The notes under the pieces are model-generated. The model was given only the letters and a program-made list of their open reading frames with translations, had not been told where the DNA came from and searched no databases. Below, piece after piece: positions 56,996-64,000 of a stretch of DNA of 64,000 bases. The stretch lies in the NCBI GenBank assembly GCA_037439485.1, contig JBBIVY010000004.1, forward strand, positions 93-64,092, read 5' to 3'. How positions within the stretch are numbered: position 1 is the first letter of the stretch; each line of letters opens with the position of its first letter. The DNA is from Planctomycetota bacterium (GTDB taxonomy: Bacteria > Planctomycetota > DG-23 > DATKVD01). A program made the translations under genes and the position numbers.

Positions 56996-58450
56996 TCAGG
57001 GCATCAGCTCCCGCTTATAGAACACGACTTGAGCCAGCGCCAGGTAGCCGACGGCATAGGCCGCGACGAGGATGGCCGCATAGCCGCAGGCGGCCCAGGG
57101 CACGTCGCGGGAGGCCGTGAGGCAGCCGAGGGCGCTGAAGTTGTCGAAGTTGGGGAAGATGTGCGTCAGGAGCCAGAGCGTGCCGTAGAAGAGCTTGTTG
57201 ATCGCCACGATGTAGAGCGGGTCGCTCGCGTGGGCGACGGGGCCGTGGGTGTGCTCGTAGATGCCCGTGCCGAAGAGCCCGGCATGCTCGCTCGACGAGA
57301 TGGCCTGCATGTGCTCGACGAGGACGGTCTGGAAGAGCGAGAAGAAATAGCCCGTGAACGCGAGCATCGCCGCGACCCACGCGCTGAGGAACGTGCTGGC
57401 GGTGACGGCGACGACGATGACGAGGACGAGGCCGAGGAGGATGAGCCCCAGGGCCTTGGCGTAGGCCGCCTCGAACGGCGCCGACGGGGTCATGATCTGG
57501 AACGAGCCGGGGACGAACCGGACGAAGACGCCCGGCTTGTGGCAGGTGAGGACGACCTCGACCCCTTCGGCGGCGTGGACGAGCGAAGGGGGAAAATCGA
57601 CGAAGGCGACGCGGTCGCTGTCGAGGAGGAGGTCGGTGGATTGCTTCTCGCCGGTCTTCGGATTGCGGATGAGGACAGTGGCCTGCGACTGCGGCATCTC
57701 GGCGCCGGTGGCGATGGTGGGGAGCATCTCGATGCGCTGGACGCCCTCCGGCAGCGACTCCAGCCCCTCGCGGAATTCGAAGACCAGCTCCTGCGCGCCG
57801 CCGCCGGCGACCGTGGCCGCGCGGGACTCGGGGACGACCTTCGTCTTCTCTCCTTCGCGGCGGATGATCTCGGTGGGGTCGAGCCCGCGCTTGGCGGCGA
57901 CGAGGTCGGTGCGGCCGGTCTCGCGCTCGGCGGAGGCGCCCGCCCAGCGGAGGACTCCCCAGCCCGCGACGCCCATGACGAGGACGATGAGCCCCATCGT
58001 CAGCGAGAACCCGGCGACGCGGCCGAGGAGGTAATTCAAGCGCCCCACGGGCTTCGTCATGAGCGTGGAGAGGGTCTTCTTCGCGCGGTCCTCTGGCAGC
58101 ACGGAGGCCGCCAGGAAGACCGACACGATGACGCCGAAGAAGGAGGTCGTCTTAAGGCACAGGCTGACGAGCGCGTGGTATCGCTCCGCCGGTTCGTGCT
58201 TCGGAATGACCGCCAGGCCGATGAGGATGACCGCCAGCCAGAGCCCCAGGATGAACAGGACCTTGCGCCGCAGACACTGGCGGAGCGTCTGCGCGGCGAT
58301 GGCGCCGATGACGCCCCCGCAGACTGGGAAACGTCTGCGGGGGAGACTCGAAACTCGAAACTCGAAATTCGAAGAAGAGGCATCCCCGGCTCCAGGGGGC
58401 TTCTGGTTCGAGCTTCGAGTTTCGAGTTTCGAGTTTCCTTCCGTCGTCAC
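56996..58450 (-). CDS. ABC-2-type transporter permease with a large extracytoplasmic loop
   Basis: GTG 58450 overlaps the ATPase TGA (GTGA). Six or more TM segments. Its first ~35 codons are a class B hairpin. Confidence 0.8.
   Translation of the reverse strand: MTTEGNSKLETRSSNQKPPGAGDASSSNFEFRVSSLPRRRFPVCGGVIGAIAAQTLRQCLRRKVLFILGLWLAVILIGLAVIPKHEPAERYHALVSLCLKTTSFFGVIVSVFLAASVLPEDRAKKTLSTLMTKPVGRLNYLLGRVAGFSLTMGLIVLVMGVAGWGVLRWAGASAERETGRTDLVAAKRGLDPTEIIRREGEKTKVVPESRAATVAGGGAQELVFEFREGLESLPEGVQRIEMLPTIATGAEMPQSQATVLIRNPKTGEKQSTDLLLDSDRVAFVDFPPSLVHAAEGVEVVLTCHKPGVFVRFVPGSFQIMTPSAPFEAAYAKALGLILLGLVLVIVVAVTASTFLSAWVAAMLAFTGYFFSLFQTVLVEHMQAISSSEHAGLFGTGIYEHTHGPVAHASDPLYIVAINKLFYGTLWLLTHIFPNFDNFSALGCLTASRDVPWAACGYAAILVAAYAVGYLALAQVVFYKRELMP
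58344..58438. repeat. class B low-complexity-armed hairpin (unit CTCGAAA) inside the 5' end of the permease CDS
   Basis: Left arm gagactcgaaactcgaaactcgaaattcgaag. About 25-nt spacer. Right arm cttctggttcgagcttcgagtttcgagtttcgagtttcc. Confidence 0.85.
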
Positions 58451-59337
58451 GTCTTCGGCCCCTCTTTATCGCGCGCGTCCGCCTGGGCGACGATGCGGAG
58501 GAAGATTTCCTCGAGCGTGCTCCTCGGGTGCGAGACGTCGGCCGTCGCGGCCTGGTCGCCGAGCGCCGATTTCACCCGCTCCAGCGCCGCGGCGTCGAGG
58601 TTCGGCACCCTGATCTGCGTCACGTCCTTCACCGTCAGCAGGTCGGCCACGGCGCCGATCATCTCCAGCTTGCCGGTCTTGAGGATGGCGATGCGGTCGC
58701 AGACGTCCTCGACGTCGGCGAGGAGGTGGCTGGACATGAGCACGGTCTTGCCGCGCCGCTTGAGGTCGAGGATGAGGTCCTTGATCTGGCGCGTGCCGAT
58801 GGGGTCCATGCCCGAGGTCGGCTCGTCGAGGATGAGGAGGTCGGGGTCGTTGATGAGCGCCTGGGCCAGGCCGATGCGCCGGCTCATGCCCTTGGAATAT
58901 CCGCGGATGGGCCGCCGCCGAGCGTCTTCGAGCCTCACCTGCGCGATGAGTTCGTCCACCCGCCGCCGGCGCTCGCGTCGGGGGATGCGGAAGAGCCGTC
59001 CGTAGAAATCGAGCGTTTCGTCGGCGCTGAGGAACGGGTAGAAGTAGGATTCCTCCGGCAGGAACCCGAGCCGTTGGTTGGCGTTCACGTCTCCGGGCGC
59101 GAGGCCCAGCACCTCCGCGCGGCCCGAGGTCGGGAAGATGAGGCCGAGGAGGAGCTTCATCGTCGTCGTCTTGCCGGAGCCGTTGGGGCCCAGCAGTCCG
59201 AAGACCTCGCCGCGGCGGACCTCCAGATCGAGCCCTTCCAGCGCGACGACCTTCTGCCGACCGAACCGAAGGGAGTAGGTCTTCGCCAGCTTCTGGGCGC
59301 GGATGACCGCCTCCGGAAGCGCATTTGTCGTTACCAC
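58447..59337 (-). CDS. ABC transporter ATP-binding protein
   Basis: [12 protein letters not shown] (Walker A), LSGGMSRR-like [27 protein letters not shown] (Walker B). GTG 59337 with AAGGAAAGGAG upstream (alternative TTG 59355). Confidence 0.9.
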   Translation of the reverse strand: MVTTNALPEAVIRAQKLAKTYSLRFGRQKVVALEGLDLEVRRGEVFGLLGPNGSGKTTTMKLLLGLIFPTSGRAEVLGLAPGDVNANQRLGFLPEESYFYPFLSADETLDFYGRLFRIPRRERRRRVDELIAQVRLEDARRRPIRGYSKGMSRRIGLAQALINDPDLLILDEPTSGMDPIGTRQIKDLILDLKRRGKTVLMSSHLLADVEDVCDRIAILKTGKLEMIGAVADLLTVKDVTQIRVPNLDAAALERVKSALGDQAATADVSHPRSTLEEIFLRIVAQADARDKEGPKT

Positions 59338-59432
59338 GGGGCTCCTTTCCTTCAATTGCTATCGCCTAACCACTATATTGTTGGCTTCCCGGCGCCCTTT
59401 TCAAGCAAAAACGGGGGCGTGTCGAGAAGATT

Positions 59433-59466
59433 CCCCTCTCCCTCCGGGGGAGGGGCGAGGGTGAGC
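59433..59466. repeat. class C hairpin CCCCTCTCCCTCCggGGGAGGGGCGAGGGTGAG
   Basis: Read directly. Confidence 0.7.
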
Positions 59467-59616
59467 TGTCCAACGTCTGCGGACCTCGTTTCGCCGAACG
59501 GGCGTCTTCCGGCGCTTCGCGTCGCGTTCTTCGACGCGGGGACGCCCCTCCCTACAGATTGTGGTTAGTGCGGCAGGTGAGCACAAAAACCAGCTTCCTG
59601 TCCACCATGGCCCCAG

Positions 59617-59706
59617 TGGAACCAGAATCAGTGGAACCATGGAACCTGCAGTATTTCGGCCGTTTTTGACCCCTTTTTGGGGAACAGAGGTTCCAGTGCT
59701 GGAACC
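59617..59706. repeat. five copies of TGGAACC (four direct, one inverted) within 90 bp
   Basis: Copies at 59617-59623, 59632-59638, 59640-59646, 59689-59695 (inverted) and 59700-59706. Lies in the divergent gap between the ABC operon and a radical SAM gene. Confidence 0.6.
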
Positions 59707-59809
59707 TCCCCCTGATGGGGAGGGAAGGGAGGATGTCCTTGCCGGGGTCGCGCGGGGCCCGTATACTATAGGGGCGAAGCTACCGGGGACGGTCCAGGAG
59801 CGATATATC

Positions 59810-61207
59810 ATGCGCGAATCCGGCGTTCCATCGCCATTCCGGCGCGCGCTATGCGTTTATCCTTACCGTCGGGAACTTCGAAGCGCGGGCTTCCTGCCTC
59901 CCATCGGCCTCGAATACATCGCCACCGTCGTTCGCCCCTTCGCCCAATCCCTCGACCTCGTCGACCTGCGGGTGGAGCGCCGCCGCACGGTCGATTTCCT
60001 GCGCGGCGACACCGACCTCGTCTGCTTCTCCGTCAACTGGGACCTCGACCGGGAGTTCGTGCGCGAGGAAATCCGCTCTGTGCCTCGTTCGCCGGGACGT
60101 CTCGTCGTCCTCGGCGGCCGTCACGTCACCGAAGACCCCAAGGCGTGGCTTGCGGACTTCCCCAACGTCGATGTCGTGGTGCGCGGCGACGGCGAAGAGG
60201 CGATGGAGGAGCTCTGCCGCGGGGTGCCGCTGGAGCGCATCGCGGGGATCAGTTTCCGGAAAGACGGAGAGATCCGACATGGCCCGAACCGCGTGCTCGG
60301 GCCGCTGCGCAACGACCTCATTCCCGACCGCAGCCTGCGCCGGCAGGACTATGGCGTGCGCATCCGCGGCGCCTGGGCGGGGATACCGATGGACGTCGTG
60401 TCGAGTTCGCGCGGGTGTCCGTTCCACTGCACGTTCTGCTCGTTCAGCCGGAACCCATGGGGCACGAAGCGCGGATGGTCGGCGCGGTCGCCGGAGTCGG
60501 TGGTGGACGAGATCTCGCGGATCCGGTCGCCGCTGGTGGGTTTTTCGGACGACCTGTTCACGCACGACATGGGCCGGGTGGAGCGCATCTGCGAACTGCT
60601 GGTGGAGCGGGGTATCCGCAAGCGTTTCGTGGCGAACGCGCGGCTGGAAGTGGCGCGCCGGCCGGACGTGCTGCGCAAGATGGAGCGCGCGGGGTTTTCG
60701 TTGCTGGCGCTCGGCATCGAGAGCGCGCACGACAAGACGCTGGAGGCCATGCGCAAGGGGTTCGACGTCGCGCGCATCCGCGAATACTTCCGCGTCCTGC
60801 GCCGGAGCCGCATGATGCTCGTCGGCTATTTCATGATCGGCAACCTCGGGGAGAGCGTCGCGGACATGGAGCGCATCGGGCCGTTCGCGCGCGAGCTGGG
60901 GCTCGACGTCATCGCGCTCTCGACGCTGCGCGCCAGCCCCTGGAGCGGCCTCGACGAACTCGTCGCCGACACCCCGGGCTATCACATTCATCCCGACGGC
61001 CGCGTCTATTCCGACCACAGCTCCGCCCGGCAACTCGGGGGCATCCGCCGGCTCATCACGCGCCGGTTCTATTCCGCCGGGCAGTACGGCCGCATCATCC
61101 GCAAGGCCGCGCTCAACGACTTCGCGCGGTTTCTCCCCGCCGTTTTCGCCCACCTGCCGGGAGTCCTCTATGCCGTCGGGGCGCACCCCTTCCTCAAACG
61201 ATCCTGA
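59810..61207 (+). CDS. B12-binding-domain radical SAM protein (1)
   Basis: Internal ATG (MRESGVPSPF) of ORF 59561..61207. N-terminal Rossmann-like B12 region (VVLGGRHVTEDP) and a SSSRGCPFHCTFCSF CxxxCxxC cluster. Confidence 0.8.
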   Translation: MRESGVPSPFRRALCVYPYRRELRSAGFLPPIGLEYIATVVRPFAQSLDLVDLRVERRRTVDFLRGDTDLVCFSVNWDLDREFVREEIRSVPRSPGRLVVLGGRHVTEDPKAWLADFPNVDVVVRGDGEEAMEELCRGVPLERIAGISFRKDGEIRHGPNRVLGPLRNDLIPDRSLRRQDYGVRIRGAWAGIPMDVVSSSRGCPFHCTFCSFSRNPWGTKRGWSARSPESVVDEISRIRSPLVGFSDDLFTHDMGRVERICELLVERGIRKRFVANARLEVARRPDVLRKMERAGFSLLALGIESAHDKTLEAMRKGFDVARIREYFRVLRRSRMMLVGYFMIGNLGESVADMERIGPFARELGLDVIALSTLRASPWSGLDELVADTPGYHIHPDGRVYSDHSSARQLGGIRRLITRRFYSAGQYGRIIRKAALNDFARFLPAVFAHLPGVLYAVGAHPFLKRS

Positions 61208-61264
61208 AGGGCCGGAGGCTGCCGCCGCGGGATCGCCATGGGCTGGGCGTCGAAGAAGAAACGC

Positions 61265-61288
61265 GGGGGGACACGTGGGTCCCCCTAC
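61265..61288. repeat. class A REP: GGGGGGACacgtGGGTCCCCCTAC, flanked by GAAGAAGAAACGC / AGAAGAAGAC
   Basis: Sits between the two convergent radical SAM genes. Confidence 0.8.
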
Positions 61289-61303
61289 AGAAGAAGACAG
61301 AAG

Positions 61304-62791
61304 CTATTGCATGTGGTACCGGACCCAATCGAGGTCCGGCCGGGTCGGGAGCTTGTCGACGAGGAGGTGGTCCTTCTCGTCGTAGTAGTCCCGCTCGGTC
61401 TCTTCGAGGAAGGGGAGGTAGTCGACCATCGTCGGACGCGTCACGCGCCAGATCTCGCGGAGGAAGTCCTGCCACACGGCGTCGCGTCCGCTCCAGCGGG
61501 GATACTCCGTCGGCGGCTGGTCCTTCCGGAACAGGTCGTCGTAGGTCGCCATGATCTGGCGCTGCACCTGGCTGGGACGGATGCGCAGCGGGAAATGGCA
61601 CACGTAGGAGCCGTTCAGGTAGTCCCAGTCCTTGAAGATGATCCGCTCCACCGGCGTCAGACGCTTGCCCTCGTGCGGGTAGAATCCCCACAGCGCGAAC
61701 ACGTTCATCTGCGACAGGCCCCACTCGTGCAGCATCCGCCGGGTCGCCTCCAGCGATTCGACCGTGTCCGTGTCGAATCCCATGATGAGCGTCGAGAGGA
61801 CGGAGATCCCGTTGCGCCGGATCTCGTCCACGGCCAGCTTGATGTCCGCCACGCTCTGCCGCTTCGTCACGCTGTCCAGCGATTCCTGGTTCAGCGACTC
61901 CACCCCGACGAAGATGCGCATGACGCCCGCCTTGCGCATCAGCTTCAGCATCTCGGGGTTCTTCCCGACGGAGGTCCGGCAGAAGATTGTCAGTTGCGGT
62001 CTGAGGTCTTCGGCGATGATCCGATTGAGGATTTCCTTCGCGAACTTCTGGTCGCCGTCGAAGAGGTTGTCCACGAAGACCACGGCGCGCGAGTACTGCA
62101 GCTTGTCCTTCAGGTCCACCATCAGCGACTCGATGGAGCGCCGGCGGTAGCCGCGCCCCATCATGACTTCGACCGGACAGAACTGGCAGGTGAACGGACA
62201 CCCGCGCGTGGCCTGCACCGTCATCATCGGGTAGGGCGGCGGGGCGCCCTTGTAGGCCTTCTCCCAACCGTAGATGGTGGAGAGGTCGACGACGGTGTCG
62301 AAATTCTTCACCGGCGGGCGGTCGGGCGTGGCGATGGTGCGGCCGTCGCGGTGGAAGGTCACACCCGGCACGGTCGCGACGTCGCGGCCGGTCTGGAGCG
62401 CGTCGACGAGGTCGAGGATCGTCTCATCGCCCTCCTGACGGACGACGTAGTCGCAGAACCTCAGCACGCTCTCGGGCAGGTAGGTCGCGTGCTCGCCCCC
62501 GATCACCACGGGGACGTTGCTCTTCATGCGAAGCTGCTCGACGATCCGCCGCGCGCGGCCCACGGCGCAGGAGAGCGCGTGGAACCCCACGAGGTCGGCC
62601 TGATACATGATCTCCCAGTTGATCGGCTTCAACTCCTCGACGAAGAGCGTGACGTCGTAACCGGCGTTCTTGAGGATGGTTGCGATCAGCGGCACGCCGT
62701 ACCGCGGCAGAACGATCTGCTCGCTCGGGGTGATGCTGGGCATGGGCTGTGCGGGCTGGACGAGGACGATTTTGCGGATGGGGCGGCTCAT
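61304..62791 (-). CDS. B12-binding-domain radical SAM protein (2)
   Basis: ATG 62791 (MSRPIRKIVLVQP; alternative 62821). VVIGGEHATYLPE, QATRGCPFTCQFCPV cluster. Only distantly similar to protein (1). Confidence 0.8.
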   Translation of the reverse strand: MSRPIRKIVLVQPAQPMPSITPSEQIVLPRYGVPLIATILKNAGYDVTLFVEELKPINWEIMYQADLVGFHALSCAVGRARRIVEQLRMKSNVPVVIGGEHATYLPESVLRFCDYVVRQEGDETILDLVDALQTGRDVATVPGVTFHRDGRTIATPDRPPVKNFDTVVDLSTIYGWEKAYKGAPPPYPMMTVQATRGCPFTCQFCPVEVMMGRGYRRRSIESLMVDLKDKLQYSRAVVFVDNLFDGDQKFAKEILNRIIAEDLRPQLTIFCRTSVGKNPEMLKLMRKAGVMRIFVGVESLNQESLDSVTKRQSVADIKLAVDEIRRNGISVLSTLIMGFDTDTVESLEATRRMLHEWGLSQMNVFALWGFYPHEGKRLTPVERIIFKDWDYLNGSYVCHFPLRIRPSQVQRQIMATYDDLFRKDQPPTEYPRWSGRDAVWQDFLREIWRVTRPTMVDYLPFLEETERDYYDEKDHLLVDKLPTRPDLDWVRYHMQ

Positions 62792-62948
62792 ATGCGCGAA
62801 GATCCTCGATAGAGTCGGCATCCTATCGGGGGGCACACGCCAAGTGTGTCGCGGCGATAGAAAGCATCGGAAGCGGGCCGGCCAGAACCGCCGCAAGCCC
62901 GTTCTACGGCTGTTTAGACCCGGTAAACATATCCAAATCCCGTCAGCA

Positions 62949-63338
62949 TCACAAGCAAAAAATCAAAAACCAGGGACAGCCGGGAAATACTTCGAACGCG
63001 AACCGTTTGCGCCGGACTCCGGCGGCCGAGGCGCTGGCCCTCGCCGTGATCGTGCCCTTCATGCAATCGGCCTTTGCCAGGGCCTTCAATCTGACGTCCG
63101 CGTGACAGATCAACGTCACCGTGACGGCGACGTTGGAGCTTCCGCCGATGCCCTTGATCGCCTCGCAGTCGGCTCCGCCGGAGATGTCGGGGTCCGGAAT
63201 CGGCGCGTCCTCATGCAGCAAGGCGGGACCTTCCCACCACGCCTTCCGGGGGTTGTAATTCGCGAGGGACTCGGAGCTGTCCTTGTACCCGAACACGTGG
63301 GCCGGCAGACCGTGCTTCTTGACGGTGAGGCTCTTCAT
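62949..63338 (-). CDS. hypothetical protein (weak call)
   Basis: ORF 62949..63398 with ATG 63338 (MKSLTVKKHGLPAHVFGYKD...). Mixed composition unlike antisense artefacts. No Shine-Dalgarno and no recognised family. The 3' end runs into AT-rich sequence. Confidence 0.35.
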   Translation of the reverse strand: MKSLTVKKHGLPAHVFGYKDSSESLANYNPRKAWWEGPALLHEDAPIPDPDISGGADCEAIKGIGGSSNVAVTVTLICHADVRLKALAKADCMKGTITARASASAAGVRRKRFAFEVFPGCPWFLIFCL

Positions 63339-63434
63339 GTAGATCAGGACGCTGGCCCGGGGCGCTTCGGGATCGGCGGAGGCTGTCCGGGCGAGCAAGG
63401 ATTCAGGCTCAAGGGCGTGCGTTCATTCTGGCGC

Positions 63435-63459
63435 GGACAGGCGACAATGCCTGTCCCAC
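63435..63459. repeat. class A-variant REP: GGACAGGCgacaatGCCTGTCCCAC
   Basis: Same core as 50645-50669. Confidence 0.75.
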
Positions 63460-63460
63460 C

Positions 63461-63486
63461 AAAAAGAAAAGCCCCGGTCCCGGGGC
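63461..63486 (-). terminator. rho-independent terminator of rpsU
   Basis: Minus strand reads GCCCCGGgaCCGGGGC followed by TTTTCTTTTT. Confidence 0.7.
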
Positions 63487-63525
63487 GTCGGGATCGGGGC
63501 TGATGTGTTTTTCGGGCGTGCAGGC

Positions 63526-63732
63526 CTAGAGCCGCCCCTGCTGCTCGAGCGATTCCTGCTGCGCGCGCTTGAGCGACTTGCGGTCCTTGCGACGCTGCTT
63601 CTCGGAGGGCTTCTCGTAGTAAGACGTGCGCTTCACGTCCTTGATCAAGCCTTCCTTCTCGCACAGCTTCTTAAAGCGCCTCAGCATCTGGTCGATCGAT
63701 TCGTTGCCTCGGGTCTTAATCCTGATAACCAA
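63526..63732 (-). CDS. rpsU: 30S ribosomal protein S21
   Basis: (M)VIRIKTRGNESIDQMLRRFKKLCEKEGLIKDVKRTSYYEKPSEKQRRK matches the S21 pattern. TTG 63732 chosen; the longer ORF (to 63852) adds non-S21 sequence. Confidence 0.8.
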   Translation of the reverse strand: MVIRIKTRGNESIDQMLRRFKKLCEKEGLIKDVKRTSYYEKPSEKQRRKDRKSLKRAQQESLEQQGRL

Positions 63733-63827
63733 GCGATCACGCAACCCTTCTGTGTCTGGGCCCCGTTTCGACGGGACGGTTTTAGGTGAACAGCAACCCC
63801 CGGCCACACGCTTTTCAGCAGCGCAGA

Positions 63828-63856
63828 ATAATACCCAATCGACCGCTCCCACTCAA
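63828..63856 (-). promoter_or_regulatory. sigma70-like promoter for rpsU: TTGAGT-N17-TATTAT (minus strand)
   Basis: The reverse complement of 63828-63856 reads TTGAGTgggagcggtcgattgggTATTAT. Confidence 0.5.
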
Positions 63857-64000
63857 GGGAAAAATCTCCGCAAAATGGCTCGGGGTCTTGCCTTGCATTG
63901 CCCTCGTCTCCCCTTAGAATGACCAAGGACATGCTTGGGAGCCGGAAACCGTGAATATCCGCCGGTTGCACACGTGGAACGTAGACTATCGGGCCGCAAA

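Noticed and set aside
59561-59809. 83-aa N-terminal extension of radical SAM protein 1, or a short precursor-peptide ORF (MEPAVFRPFLTPFWGTEVPVLEPPPDGEG...).
   Set aside because: The segment is made of the TGGAACC repeat cluster and a class C-like GGGGAGGGAAGGGAGG tract. ATG 59810 gives a family-typical start. No leader or core peptide features were recognised.

Overview
64-kb, high-GC chromosomal segment from a diderm (LPS-making) bacterium. The gene content and repeat style suggest a Planctomycetota/PVC-like lineage, but that is inference only. I support about 52 CDS, almost all housekeeping. (1) 45-4902: a polyprenyl-phosphate-sugar glycosylation cluster (UbiA/DPPR-synthase-like, GT2, GT-C, DUF362, small SMR-like membrane protein). 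(2) icd, lpxK, hldE. (3) The only classic accessory module: a wHTH-MNT/HEPN toxin-antitoxin pair inserted between hldE and gatB. (4) A minus-strand LPS inner-core operon (gmhB fusion, GT9 heptosyltransferase, LPS kinase, GT4, plsY), then gatCA, rpmB, nadB. (5) Two tandem DUF4159 exoprotein paralogues. (6) A small exported islet: MATE pump, glycoside-hydrolase-like protein, anchored hypothetical, two CBM-like paralogues. (7) glnS/gltX, a PfkB kinase, thpR, recA, a 992-aa PQQ-propeller protein, alaS. (8) The canonical rpmF-plsX-fabHDG-acpP-fabF operon. (9) queCE, argS, rsfS, the membrane pyrophosphatase hppA, and an ABC-2 exporter with a partner membrane protein. (10) Two convergent B12-radical-SAM enzymes and rpsU. 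I saw no rRNA, tRNA, CRISPR array, transposase, integrase or phage gene. I did not find a convincing new multi-protein system. The most unusual content is non-coding: almost every intergenic gap holds structured repeats of at least three kinds. Class A is GTAG-headed REP/REPIN-like palindromes, including one nested insertion and one in-frame copy inside a CDS. Class B is about 90-140-bp hairpins whose arms are short tandem repeats of roughly 7-8 nt; the unit differs between loci but the architecture is the same, and one appears to be translated as the N-terminus of an ABC permease. Class C is CCCTCTCCCC/GGGGAGAGGG hairpins with a CCTCACCC tail. Other oddities: rsfS appears to lack any ATG/GTG/TTG start, GmhB is fused to a Zn-ribbon/TM module, L28 carries a roughly 120-aa charged tail, and there is a six-hairpin array downstream of nadB. 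All calls come from reading the ORF translations and the DNA by eye; no database search was run.
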